DNA from: an uncultured Chloroflexota bacterium
GTDB lineage: Bacteria; Chloroflexota; Anaerolineae; Anaerolineales; Anaerolineaceae
DNA: 64,000 bases
Direction: 5' to 3'
Assembly (NCBI GenBank): GCA_902791025.1
Contig: CADATZ010000006.1
Span: forward strand, 2,303-66,302
Of the stretch, positions 16,970 through 25,653 are shown one piece after another; position 1 is the stretch's first letter; every line of letters starts with the position of its first letter. The notes under the pieces were generated by a model. That model worked only from the letters and a program-made list of their open reading frames with translations. It was not told the DNA's origin and searched no databases. The position numbers and the translations under genes were made by a program.

Positions 16970-17385
16970 ATACAATTCCTCCTTGAATATGATTTGCCTT
17001 TTCCGGCAATTGTGCCAGTAATTATATATCAAAATCCCTTTTGTGCATGTTTATAACCGGCATTTTACGAAATGACTGGAATAATGTCATAGATGAATAA
17101 TGCTTTTTGTAATGAAATAATTTGTTACATTTTTCGGTATTTATGAAAATATTTTCGTTGTATAGCGGTAAAATAAAAATTATTAGTAACTTTTCAATAA
17201 ACGGGCAGCGCATCACAATGTACAGTCTTTCGTGCGGGTTTTACCGCATCAAAAAAGCTTTCCAGGTGTGCTATATCATGGATAGAAACAATTGAAGCTG
17301 TAAAGCCGGAACCGAATATGTACATCGGGAATGATTACTTTACAGAATCGTGCAATCACCGATGGACAACCATCAGGAGCATCCT

Positions 17386-17718
17386 ATGAATTATAAAAAT
17401 ATCGCACAGCTTATACTTGTTAATATCGGCGGTTCTGAGAATATTGCCGAAGCTGCTCATTGTTTCACCCGGCTGCGCTTCGCACTGAAGGATCCCGGGA
17501 AAGTAAATATTTCCGCAATAAATAAATTGGACTGTGTGCTGCAGGTTTTTCTTTCCGGTGAACACCTTCAAATCGTTTTTGCTGGGAAAATGGATGAGAT
17601 CTATAAGGATTTTATTGACCTGTTGAAAGAAAATAGAGACTGTAAAGATGCCGGGAATGTGAGAATAAGCCATGGGGACGATTCGTTTCTGAAATCCATC
17701 TCCAGATTGTTTTCGTAG
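17386..17718 (+). CDS. Stand-alone PTS EIIB (glucose/sucrose-class) domain protein
   Basis: NIGGSENIAEAAHCFTRLRF matches the EIIB active-site Cys loop (H-C-x-T-R-L-R). AGGAG lies 6 nt upstream of ATG 17386. No EIIC or EIIA nearby. Confidence 0.65.
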   Translation: MNYKNIAQLILVNIGGSENIAEAAHCFTRLRFALKDPGKVNISAINKLDCVLQVFLSGEHLQIVFAGKMDEIYKDFIDLLKENRDCKDAGNVRISHGDDSFLKSISRLFS

Positions 17719-17766
17719 AATTTGTTTTATAATGCGGCTCGGTTGCCGGGCATCGCAATAATAGAA

Positions 17767-17790
17767 AAGGCCGCGGAATGCGGCCTTTCT
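17767..17790. terminator. Bidirectional terminator between the EIIB gene (+) and pnp (-)
   Basis: aaggccgc-ggaat-gcggcctt with T-rich flanks on both strands. Confidence 0.7.
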
Positions 17791-17791
17791 T

Positions 17792-17826
17792 TCTCTAATC
17801 TCTAATCTCAGAACTCTTATCTCTGA
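17792..17826. repeat. Heptamer array, 5 units (tctctaa x2, tctcaga, actctta, tctctga)
   Basis: Period 7. Spans the pnp stop codon (17817-17819). Confidence 0.7.
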
Positions 17827-20066
17827 GCTCTTTTATTACCGTTTCCGCGGCTGCCGTTCCCGTTGGAGCGGTTTCCGCCGGTGCCGTTTCCGCTGCGGCG
17901 GCCGCCGCCATTAGAACTGCCACCCTTGGAACCGCCGGCAGGTTTTTTCATATCGGCGGCCTGGGCTTCTTCCAGGGACCAGCCTTCCAGAACAGCCTGG
18001 CGGGAGAGACGGACTTTGCCGTTTTCGATGCCGGTGACCATTACGGTGAGTTCATCGCCGAGACTTACGACGTCTTCAACACTGTTGACGCGTTCGCTGT
18101 CCAGCTGGGAAATATGAACCATACCGTCAACACCGGGGAGAATTTCCACGAAAGCGCCGAAATCTGTGATGCGGACAACTTTGCCGGTGTAAATGTTGCC
18201 AAGAACCGGGGTCTCGATGAGGCCGAGGATCTGGTCGCGGGCAGTATCGGAATCGGCCTGGTTGGTAGCGGAGATGTAAATAAGACCGGTTTCTTCAATG
18301 TCGATCTTGGTGTTGGTGTCTTCCTGCAGCTGGCGGATGTTCTTGCCGCCGGGGCCGATGATAGCGCCGATCTTGTCGACCGGGATCTGAATCGTAGTGA
18401 TGCGCGGAACATGCGGTTTGAGTTCCGGACGCGGTGCCGGGATGGTTTCCAGGATCTTGCCAAGGATGAACTTGCGGGCTTCGTGAGCCTGAGCAAGAGC
18501 TTCGCGCATGATCTGCGGGGTGATGCCCTTGATCTTGATGTCCATCTGCAGGGCAGTGATACCCTGTTCGGTACCGGCAACCTTGAAATCCATGTCGCCG
18601 AGATGATCTTCCGCACCCTGAATATCAGTCAGGATCACGTAATTTTCACCTTCTTTGATCAAACCCATGGCGATACCGGTGACAGGAGCCTTGATCGGTA
18701 CACCGGCATCCATCAGAGCCAGTGTGGAACCGCAGACGGAACCCATGGAAGAGGAACCGTTGGAGCTCATCACTTCGGAGACCAGGCGGATGGTGTAGGG
18801 GAATTCTTCCTCGGACGGGATGACCGGGACGAGGGCACGTTCAGCCAATGCACCGTGCCCAATCTCGCGGCGGGACTGGCCGCCCACACGTTTGCACTCA
18901 CCGGTGCAGAACGGCGGGAAGTTGTAATGGTGCATGTAGCGCTTGTTTTCCTGTGGGGAAAGGGTATCGATTTCCTGTGCATCGCGCGGAGTACCGAGGG
19001 TAGCAAAGGTCAGAACCTGAGTTTCACCGCGGGTGAAGAGACCGGTACCGTGCGGACGCGGCAGAACATCGACCTTGGTCCAAATCGGACGGATTTCGGT
19101 CAGACCGCGGCCATCGGGGCGCAGATGACGGTCAAGGATGCGGCTGCGGACGACACGGCGGTAAGCTTCTTCAAAGCCTTCTGCGTAATCAGCTTTTTTG
19201 GTGTCATCTTCACCGGCGAATTCTTCAACGACCTGGGCTTTGAGCTGCTTGAGGTTGTCAGCCAGTTCGGCCTTGGTGTGCGGTTCGCTCATCATGTCGT
19301 CCATCGTCTGGCTGTATTTTTCTACAACTTCTTCAATAGCATCCTGGTCGAGGTTGAAGCGCGGAACTTCGCGCTTCGGTTTGCCGATGGCGGCAGCCAT
19401 TTCGTTCTGAATGGCGACCAGCGGCTGAATGGCTTTCTGCCCGAAAATCAGGGCTTCGACCATGTCTTCTTCAGAGATTTCTTTTGATCCGGCTTCGACC
19501 ATCAGAATGGCGTCAGCAGTACCTGCGATGCGCAGGTCGAGGTCGGATTTTTCGATTTCTTCATAGGTCGGGTTGGCAATCAGTTTGCCGTTGATGCGGC
19601 CGACGCGTACTGCGCCGACAGGACCGTCCCACGGAATATCGGAGATCATCAGGGAGGCGGAAGCTGCGTTGATGGCGATGATATCCAGCGGGTTGACGAA
19701 ATCAGCAGAAAGAGAGTAGAGGATCACCTGCACTTCATTGCGGATATCCTGGGAGAAGAGCGGACGAAGCGGACGATCGATGAGGCGGGATGTCAGAATG
19801 ACATCACCGGCGGGGCGTCCTTCACGGCGGAAGAATGAACCCGGAATGCGGCCGCCTGCGTAGAGGCGTTCTTCATATTCAACAGTGAGAGGAAAGAAAT
19901 CCTGTCCCTCTTTTGGTTCGGCACCCATGGTCGCCGCAGAAAACACGACGGAGTCACCGACACGAACAGTCACGGCACCGCCGGCCTGACCGGCGAGCAT
20001 ACCGCTTTCGAAAATGACGGTCTTGCCGTCAACTTCGGTAATAAATTGTTTTGCGTTTGGTTCCAT
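17817..20066 (-). CDS. pnp: Polyribonucleotide nucleotidyltransferase (PNPase) with Gly/Asn/Arg-rich C-terminal tail
   Basis: Two RNase PH domains, then KH and S1 ([28 protein letters not shown]). Start chosen at MEPNAKQF (ATG 20064-20066). Confidence 0.95.
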   Translation of the reverse strand: MEPNAKQFITEVDGKTVIFESGMLAGQAGGAVTVRVGDSVVFSAATMGAEPKEGQDFFPLTVEYEERLYAGGRIPGSFFRREGRPAGDVILTSRLIDRPLRPLFSQDIRNEVQVILYSLSADFVNPLDIIAINAASASLMISDIPWDGPVGAVRVGRINGKLIANPTYEEIEKSDLDLRIAGTADAILMVEAGSKEISEEDMVEALIFGQKAIQPLVAIQNEMAAAIGKPKREVPRFNLDQDAIEEVVEKYSQTMDDMMSEPHTKAELADNLKQLKAQVVEEFAGEDDTKKADYAEGFEEAYRRVVRSRILDRHLRPDGRGLTEIRPIWTKVDVLPRPHGTGLFTRGETQVLTFATLGTPRDAQEIDTLSPQENKRYMHHYNFPPFCTGECKRVGGQSRREIGHGALAERALVPVIPSEEEFPYTIRLVSEVMSSNGSSSMGSVCGSTLALMDAGVPIKAPVTGIAMGLIKEGENYVILTDIQGAEDHLGDMDFKVAGTEQGITALQMDIKIKGITPQIMREALAQAHEARKFILGKILETIPAPRPELKPHVPRITTIQIPVDKIGAIIGPGGKNIRQLQEDTNTKIDIEETGLIYISATNQADSDTARDQILGLIETPVLGNIYTGKVVRITDFGAFVEILPGVDGMVHISQLDSERVNSVEDVVSLGDELTVMVTGIENGKVRLSRQAVLEGWSLEEAQAADMKKPAGGSKGGSSNGGGRRSGNGTGGNRSNGNGSRGNGNKRAQR

Positions 20067-20145
20067 TATTATCCTGTCCCGGACTGCATAGGCAGTCCGT
20101 TGTGATCTCACAGGTCAGGAACTGAAGGAAAGCTGTTAGCTTTCA

Positions 20146-20217
20146 GTTGGTAGTTATTGGTTGATAGTTATTAGAAATTTGTAATTATCTACAAACCACC
20201 AACTAATAACTAACAAC
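20146..20217. repeat. Inverted pair of heptamer-like low-complexity arms (tagttat/tggttga vs aactaat/aactaac) forming a ~29-bp imperfect hairpin
   Basis: By hand alignment, the left arm 20146-20174 and the reverse complement of 20189-20217 match at 23 of 29 positions. Lies in the rpsO-pnp spacer. Confidence 0.7.
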
Positions 20218-20361
20218 TTTCTTTCAATGCCCGACCGCTGTGAGTTTGTGCAATGTTTTATATTATTCAGGATGTTTTCATGGGTTCTTGAATGTTCATG
20301 GGATTCGGAATCTTTTTTCTGACCCCTGCTCCCTGAATCCTGACACCTTTACATCCCAAAT

Positions 20362-20393
20362 AAAGAGAGCAGAAGGCTCTTCTGCTCTCTTTT
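20362..20393 (-). terminator. rpsO terminator/attenuator
   Basis: agagagcagaag-gctc-ttctgctctct. On the minus strand it is followed by ttattt. Lies 15 nt after the rpsO stop. Confidence 0.7.
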
Positions 20394-20406
20394 CTTCCGA
20401 AAAAGA

Positions 20407-20679
20407 TTATCTGACGCGGAGGCCGAGTTTTTCGCAGAGCGCAACGAAGGATGCGTAATCGGTGCGGCGCAGATAAGACATCAGACGGCGGCGGCGGCCG
20501 ACCATCTTGAACAGACCGCGGCGGGAAGCCTCGTCCTTTTTGTTGGTGCGCAGGTGATCGGTCAGATCCTTGATGCGTTTGGTCAGCATAGCGATTTGGA
20601 CTTCGGCAGAGCCGGTGTCGCCTTCGTGTTTGCCGTATTCATTGGCGAAAAACGCCTTTTCGTCTTTGCTTAATGCCAT
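20407..20679 (-). CDS. rpsO: 30S ribosomal protein S15
   Basis: 90 aa. MALSKDEK...[24 protein letters not shown] is classic S15. The rpsO-pnp synteny is conserved. Confidence 0.95.
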   Translation of the reverse strand: MALSKDEKAFFANEYGKHEGDTGSAEVQIAMLTKRIKDLTDHLRTNKKDEASRRGLFKMVGRRRRLMSYLRRTDYASFVALCEKLGLRVR

Positions 20680-20833
20680 GACATTGCTCCTAAAAAATAT
20701 AATTTGGCAGTCTCCGCACGCCGAGTTTCTCCAGGCGCGGGACCAGTCGGCTATTAGTATAACACGTTTTTTGGGGATTCGCGGTTCGTAGTCAGAGGTT
20801 AGTGATTTGTTGTATTATCTATTATTATCTAAA

Positions 20834-20900
20834 GGACCAGCAGGCCTGTTTCAGCTGTGCGGTACAAAATGCCAGCTCTCACGTACTCCGTCCTGAATAC
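20834..20900 (+). repeat. IPE copy G (degenerate, left arm eroded)
   Basis: ...gtgcggtacaaaatgccagctctcacgtactccgtcctgaatac keeps the right arm and terminus only. Confidence 0.5.
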
Positions 20901-20907
20901 TTTAATT

Positions 20908-22989
20908 TTATGAATTCAACTCCTCCGTCAGCATGCAGATCAGCGGCCAGGTGCCTGCCTTCATCATCAGGATGATCACCATACTGTGACGGGCCAGTTC
21001 GTATTCGTCGGCGATAAAGACGCCGGTACTCAGAATGTAGGCGGAGAAGATGAAAAGCAGCGGGAAGGCATAACGTTCACCGTCTTTTCTTCGGAAAGCT
21101 ATCCAAATCCCTGCCAAACCCAGACCGAAAATCAAAACGCCGGGCAGATTGCAGGAGAAAAATTTAACGAAAGGATCCGGCAGCAGATGAGCAAAGCCGG
21201 AAGGTGTATAGATGTAGCCGATTTGCTCAAAGGCTTCTTTCTCAAATCCTTCATACCAGGTCATGCGCAGTGTCTCGAATGGGATATGCAGCATATAGCG
21301 GATATAGGTTTTCAGTCCATCAGAAAGGATCCATTCACGCAGCGGTGTGAACGCTTCAGAGTTGAACAGTTCCGATCCCATCATGTGTTCTACACCGTAC
21401 AGCTCCTCGATCCGCTCCGGTGTGGGCATTTCGGCCTGAAGAAAGAATTGTTCTCCCTGCGGATCTCTCAGGATGCGGTTGAAGAGTACGTTTTCAAAGG
21501 GATACTGCCATCTTCCGCCGGTATTTCCCATCACAGACCAGCAGACAACGGCTAAAACCGCACACAGGAGGAAGATCACTTTCCGCTCATTCCGCAGCCT
21601 GTTGAGGCAGAGCAGCAGTACTATGATCAGGATCACGATCCATGCGGCGGAATCGCGGGATTGGGCATAAAACAGGGCACCGGCAGCGGTACAGAGAGCC
21701 GGCAGCGGATTCCATTTGTTTTCAGGATTTGGCCGCATCAGCCAAAAGCAGCTGCCCATCAGCAGCATCGCCGCGGCAATGGAAAGGGATTCACTCATGA
21801 TAACCTGATCCCAGCGGGTAACGTTCGGAATACAACCCAGTCCCAGGGTGAGGATGATCACAGCCTTTTTTCGGCTGTCTTTCCGGCAGATCGCGGCTGC
21901 GTGCCAGGCAAAAAATCCCCAGCAGAGAATGGATATGACCAGTTGTGCGATAGTGATGGCGGTTGGGTCCTGCCGGCAAAGTTTATAAATCAGCGGAATA
22001 AATGCCGGGCGGGCAATGCAGTACCAGAATTGTTGGTGGCAGTAAGGTGTTCCGCGCAGAATATCCATGATCGGCATTTCGGACATGCCGAGATAGGATT
22101 CCGAATCCACAAAAAAGAGCGGTTCTTTGACAGTCAAAAACTGGATCACGCGGAAAATGGTGAAGCAGAGGAATGCGCCAAGCATAAATCCCTTGGCGCT
22201 CCATCCGGGGAGCAGCTTGAATGCGGCAATGGTTCCGGCAAGGCAGAGCAGGAAGCTGATCAGCCAGACGGCGAGAAATTCCGGCAGTCCGTTGGAAGGC
22301 GGAAATGCGATGTCAAAGCTCAGCCGGTTCATGTCTGTATTGTTGAGCGGTGCGGTCTGTGTCAATCCACCATTACGGATCTCTGCGATTCCCTGATTCT
22401 CATCAGAGACGAATTCAATGGTGAGCGTACCGCTGATGATGCCGCTCCAGCTCAGTTCGCTGTTTTCGTCTGTCAGCGTGATTCCATATTCATCAGGGAT
22501 GCAGTTTCCGGAGCATTGAACGGAACTGAGAGGAATATCTCTTCCGTTATGGTGGAGCCAGGTGAGTGTTATCGGACGAATTTCGCCGGTCTCATCCGGA
22601 AGTGCCCGGATCGTCAGGTCGTGCGGGCTGTACAGTCCGGTATTCGGTACGGGAAACCAGACGATCATGCACACAGAGGTGATCAGCGTGATTAAAATGA
22701 CCGGGAGCCATTCCCTTTTTGTCAGGCTTTGGATTGCCTTGAGAAGCAGGAAATACAGCAGCGCAAAGAATGTCCCTCCCGCCAGTGCAGAGGCCGCCAG
22801 CCGGACAGTAAGTCCTTTCGCGGTATAAGGAGCCAGCTGCAGCCTTTCGCAATAATAAATGAAAGAACAACAGACAGCTCCGATCAAGGAAGCAATCAAT
22901 ATAAATAACTTAAAGGGGACAGATTTAGATGAAAATCCGCCTTTCTCACTCCTGACTCCCGACACCTGACTCCTAACTTCTAACTTCAA
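20908..22989 (-). CDS. Large polytopic membrane protein, possibly a GT-C-fold glycosyltransferase
   Basis: More than 12 TM segments and an FFVDSESY loop reminiscent of ArnT/PMT-type enzymes. The track start is a TTG inside a heptamer array, so the true start is unresolved. Confidence 0.55.
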   Translation of the reverse strand: MKLEVRSQVSGVRSEKGGFSSKSVPFKLFILIASLIGAVCCSFIYYCERLQLAPYTAKGLTVRLAASALAGGTFFALLYFLLLKAIQSLTKREWLPVILITLITSVCMIVWFPVPNTGLYSPHDLTIRALPDETGEIRPITLTWLHHNGRDIPLSSVQCSGNCIPDEYGITLTDENSELSWSGIISGTLTIEFVSDENQGIAEIRNGGLTQTAPLNNTDMNRLSFDIAFPPSNGLPEFLAVWLISFLLCLAGTIAAFKLLPGWSAKGFMLGAFLCFTIFRVIQFLTVKEPLFFVDSESYLGMSEMPIMDILRGTPYCHQQFWYCIARPAFIPLIYKLCRQDPTAITIAQLVISILCWGFFAWHAAAICRKDSRKKAVIILTLGLGCIPNVTRWDQVIMSESLSIAAAMLLMGSCFWLMRPNPENKWNPLPALCTAAGALFYAQSRDSAAWIVILIIVLLLCLNRLRNERKVIFLLCAVLAVVCWSVMGNTGGRWQYPFENVLFNRILRDPQGEQFFLQAEMPTPERIEELYGVEHMMGSELFNSEAFTPLREWILSDGLKTYIRYMLHIPFETLRMTWYEGFEKEAFEQIGYIYTPSGFAHLLPDPFVKFFSCNLPGVLIFGLGLAGIWIAFRRKDGERYAFPLLFIFSAYILSTGVFIADEYELARHSMVIILMMKAGTWPLICMLTEELNS

Positions 22990-23083
22990 ACTTCAAACTT
23001 CAAACTTCAAACTTCTAACTTCTAACTTCAAACTTCAAACTTCTAACTTCTAACTTCTAACTTCTTACTTCCTAAACCTAATT
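22951..23083. repeat. Heptamer array, 19 units (tc[ta]aact core)
   Basis: cctgact cccgaca cctgact cctaact, then tctaact/tcaaact x12, tcttact, tcctaaa, cctaatt. On the coding (-) strand the core units read agttaga/agtttga, containing TAG or TGA. Confidence 0.95.
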
Positions 23084-23641
23084 ATTAAACGTCATATCCC
23101 GTCCCGGGTACTCTGTCTGCTTTTTCCAGGTTTGGAATAAATTCCGGTAGCCTTTGCTGATACGGTCCTCCCAGTTCAATCCCAGCAGTTCCGCAGCGCG
23201 GCGAATGGCGAGGTCATCGGGGCCTTCGATTTCGATATAGTCGCCGATGGGTGTATGGTCCAGGAAGAGCTGCGTATCATCCAGACGGTAGATGCTCCGG
23301 TATTTTTCATAAATAAAGACGATTTGATATCCGAGCCGTTCCAGGATCAGACGGGTATTGTCAAAATCGGTGACAACCGTTTCGATTTCTTCCCGGTCGG
23401 CAATGCCTTTGTTGTTTTGTTTTTCGGATTTATACGTCAGCACGGAGGTTCCGCCGTTATCACGAAGGCGCAGTACCTGGTGCGTTTTTGTTAAGGTTTC
23501 CTCTGCATCATCCCAGCGCAGGTTCTTTTCAAAACGGGTCTCCTGCTCTAAAACCGCTCCCGCTTTCAAAATAATATCCAGCATTTCTTCTGTGGAAGAA
23601 ATTTTGAACTTCACTTCAATTTCCCGGTTATCTATGTTCAT
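23078..23641 (-). CDS. CYTH-domain protein (class IV adenylyl cyclase / triphosphate tunnel metalloenzyme family)
   Basis: 187 aa. N-terminal EIEVKF (ExExK signature), and the size and pattern fit the CyaB/ThTPase fold. Confidence 0.75.
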   Translation of the reverse strand: MNIDNREIEVKFKISSTEEMLDIILKAGAVLEQETRFEKNLRWDDAEETLTKTHQVLRLRDNGGTSVLTYKSEKQNNKGIADREEIETVVTDFDNTRLILERLGYQIVFIYEKYRSIYRLDDTQLFLDHTPIGDYIEIEGPDDLAIRRAAELLGLNWEDRISKGYRNLFQTWKKQTEYPGRDMTFNN

Positions 23642-23654
23642 TATTCATTATTCA
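23634..23654. repeat. Heptamer array, 3 units (atgttca ttattca ttattca)
   Basis: Overlaps the CYTH start codon (23639-23641). IPE copy H starts 10 nt further on. Confidence 0.5.
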
Positions 23655-23663
23655 TTTCTATAT

Positions 23664-23756
23664 ATTCAGAATCGAAAGCGTCGCACATGGAGACAGGCAC
23701 GCTCGTGCGGGCTGCGCCGCACAAGTTGCCAGTCCCCACGTGCTTCGCTGCTATAA
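23664..23756 (+). repeat. IPE copy H
   Basis: attcagaatcgaaagcgtcgcacatggagacaggcacgctcgtgcgggctgcgccgcacaagttgccagtccccacgtgcttcgctg. Abuts the PadR stop codon. Confidence 0.9.
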
Positions 23757-24275
23757 ACTATCCAGCCATCGCAGGGTGGAGCGGATGAATTCCGCACGAA
23801 AGGAATAAACTGTGTGCAGGTAATCCTCCGGGTCCGGATGTTCTGATAGCTTTTTTTCTATGTTACCAAGCCATGTTTCACAACGGTGCTTCTGCATATC
23901 CAGCACCTGCCGGCGTTCCTCTTTGGATCGGTCTTTCAGAAAGTAGAGCTTCCCGAGAAAGTCGGACCGGATCTCATTCATATGATCAACCGGGGAGTGT
24001 ACCCACTCTTCAAAGACCTTTTTCCCTTCCGAAGTCAGCGTGCAGGTCTTGCGGACAGGCAGGGTCTCGTTTTGGTCAATGGTTGTGGAGATCAGCCCGT
24101 TGCGTTCGATTTTTTCCAGTACGGCATACAGGCGGCTCTGTCGGAATGTCCAGAGGGTTTTCAGGTCTTCCGAAGAGGTGAGCTTTTTGTAGAGATCATA
24201 AGCGTGTGTTGGCTGTTGGTCAATAATGCCGAGAAGCAGAAAATCCATGGTAAGGGGGTCTTGTTGGCGTGTCAT
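23751..24275 (-). CDS. PadR-family transcriptional regulator
   Basis: Start at MTRQQDPL (ATG 24273-24275). Winged-helix segment LLLGIIDQQPTHAYDLYKKL...RLYAVLEKIERNGLI. The upstream track extension runs through a repeat element. Confidence 0.75.
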   Translation of the reverse strand: MTRQQDPLTMDFLLLGIIDQQPTHAYDLYKKLTSSEDLKTLWTFRQSRLYAVLEKIERNGLISTTIDQNETLPVRKTCTLTSEGKKVFEEWVHSPVDHMNEIRSDFLGKLYFLKDRSKEERRQVLDMQKHRCETWLGNIEKKLSEHPDPEDYLHTVYSFRAEFIRSTLRWLDSL

Positions 24276-24296
24276 ATCAATTTCAACCTTTATAGT

Positions 24297-24392
24297 ATAT
24301 TCAGATTGGAGCACTTGGGGGACTGGCACCTTGTGTCGCGAAGCCGACGCAAGTGTGCCTGACCTCATGTGCATCGCTGGATTTTGAATAAT
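24297..24392 (-). repeat. IPE copy I (subfamily 2)
   Basis: atattcagattggagcacttgggggactggcaccttgtgtcgcgaagccgacgcaagtgtgcctgacctcatgtgcatcgctggattttgaataat. Lies just upstream of the PadR start. Confidence 0.9.
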
Positions 24393-24544
24393 TGCCTTCT
24401 TTATCATTATAACATATGAAGATTACGGGTGAAGTTTTTCGGGAACAATGATTTAAAGTGACATTTGTCATAGACTTGCATGACATTCTTCTTGCGGTTT
24501 TTCAAATGTTTTGACAAAATACTGTATCTGACGTAAAATCGGTT

Positions 24545-24573
24545 TGAAACTGATTGCTGTGCAATCAGTTACA
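24545..24573. promoter_or_regulatory. Candidate LacI-family operator (perfect 10-bp inverted repeat AACTGATTGC-tgt-GCAATCAGTT)
   Basis: The palindrome lies about 20 nt upstream of the LacI-family start codon. The arms extend to 12 of 13 matched positions. Confidence 0.55.
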
Positions 24574-24592
24574 TGAACGGAGCAGTAACAAA

Positions 24593-25594
24593 ATGGGAAA
24601 AAATCCGACAATTTATGATGTTTCGCGAAAAGCAGGCGTCAGTGCGGCAACGGTTTCCCGGGTGTTGAATAATCCCGGGAAAGTGAACGCGGAAACGCGG
24701 AAATTGGTTGAGGCAGCCGTAGAAGAATTGGGATATAAACCCTTGCTGGAAATGCGGCTTCGTGCTTTGAAAGATATTCCCCGGATCTGTGTCGTTTCTC
24801 CGCATTTTGCCTCGCAGGCTTATTTACAGCGTCTGCGTGGTATTCAATTGTATCTGGAATCCCTTGATTATGAAACTGAACTGCAGATTCAAATTGTCAA
24901 CTCCCAGATGCAGCTGGAACGTTTCGTTGAAACTGTTTCCATGCGGAATCTCGATGGTGTGATTTTTGTCTCTCTGGCTTTGACGGAAGATCAAATCACG
25001 AAGGTCAAGGATGCCGGTGTGGAATGTGTGATCATCGAAAACCAGTCACCGATGTGCACCTGTGTCAATTATGACAATTTTGAAGGCGGAAGACTGGCTG
25101 CGCGTTACCTTCTCGATAAGGGTTTTACGGAGTTTGGCATTCTTTGCGAACCTTTCCATTGGGAATACACGGTTTATTCCATGCAGGACCGCATTATGGG
25201 CTTCCAGGCGGAAGTCGGTGCAGCGGGATACAGCATCCCGCGGGAGCATTTTTACGAAAACCAGATCGACTATAGTCTGGTTCGCAAGCAGTTCAATGAG
25301 GTTTTTCGTTCGGGAAAGTATCCGAAAGCCTTCTTTATCCCGGCGGATCTGATGGCGTTTGGCATGCTGCAGGCGGCTATTGACTGCGGATTGACTCCCG
25401 GGAAGGATGTTTCTATTGTCGGATTTGACGATATTGATTACGCGGACGTGTTTGAGCTGACGACAGTCAGTCAGCACCTGGATGAGTCCGGAGAAATCGC
25501 GGCGAAGGCATTGATGGAAAAGCTGCGTGATCCGGACAAACCGGACCGTCAGATCATGCTGACGCTTTCCCTGATCCAGCGGAAGTCCGCCTGA
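24593..25594 (+). CDS. LacI-family transcriptional regulator
   Basis: N-terminal HTH TIYDVSRKAGVSAATVSRVLNN followed by a periplasmic-binding-fold sugar-sensor domain. Start at ATG 24593. Confidence 0.9.
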   Translation: MGKNPTIYDVSRKAGVSAATVSRVLNNPGKVNAETRKLVEAAVEELGYKPLLEMRLRALKDIPRICVVSPHFASQAYLQRLRGIQLYLESLDYETELQIQIVNSQMQLERFVETVSMRNLDGVIFVSLALTEDQITKVKDAGVECVIIENQSPMCTCVNYDNFEGGRLAARYLLDKGFTEFGILCEPFHWEYTVYSMQDRIMGFQAEVGAAGYSIPREHFYENQIDYSLVRKQFNEVFRSGKYPKAFFIPADLMAFGMLQAAIDCGLTPGKDVSIVGFDDIDYADVFELTTVSQHLDESGEIAAKALMEKLRDPDKPDRQIMLTLSLIQRKSA

Positions 25595-25653
25595 TGATCT
25601 TGTGAGTCAACTCCGGAGGAATCCGGAGATGAAAAAAATTTAGAGGAGACAAT

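Noticed and set aside
17040-17350. Search for riboswitch, T-box or RAT-type leader structures upstream of the ABC operon, the EIIB gene and other long leaders
   Set aside because: I could not recognise any conserved riboswitch core or T-box specifier/antiterminator by eye. Only generic AT-rich promoter-like DNA is visible. An Rfam scan would be needed.
22951-23083. Heptamer arrays as CRISPR arrays
   Set aside because: The period is 7 nt with no spacers, the units are degenerate, and no cas genes are present. These are simple tandem repeats.
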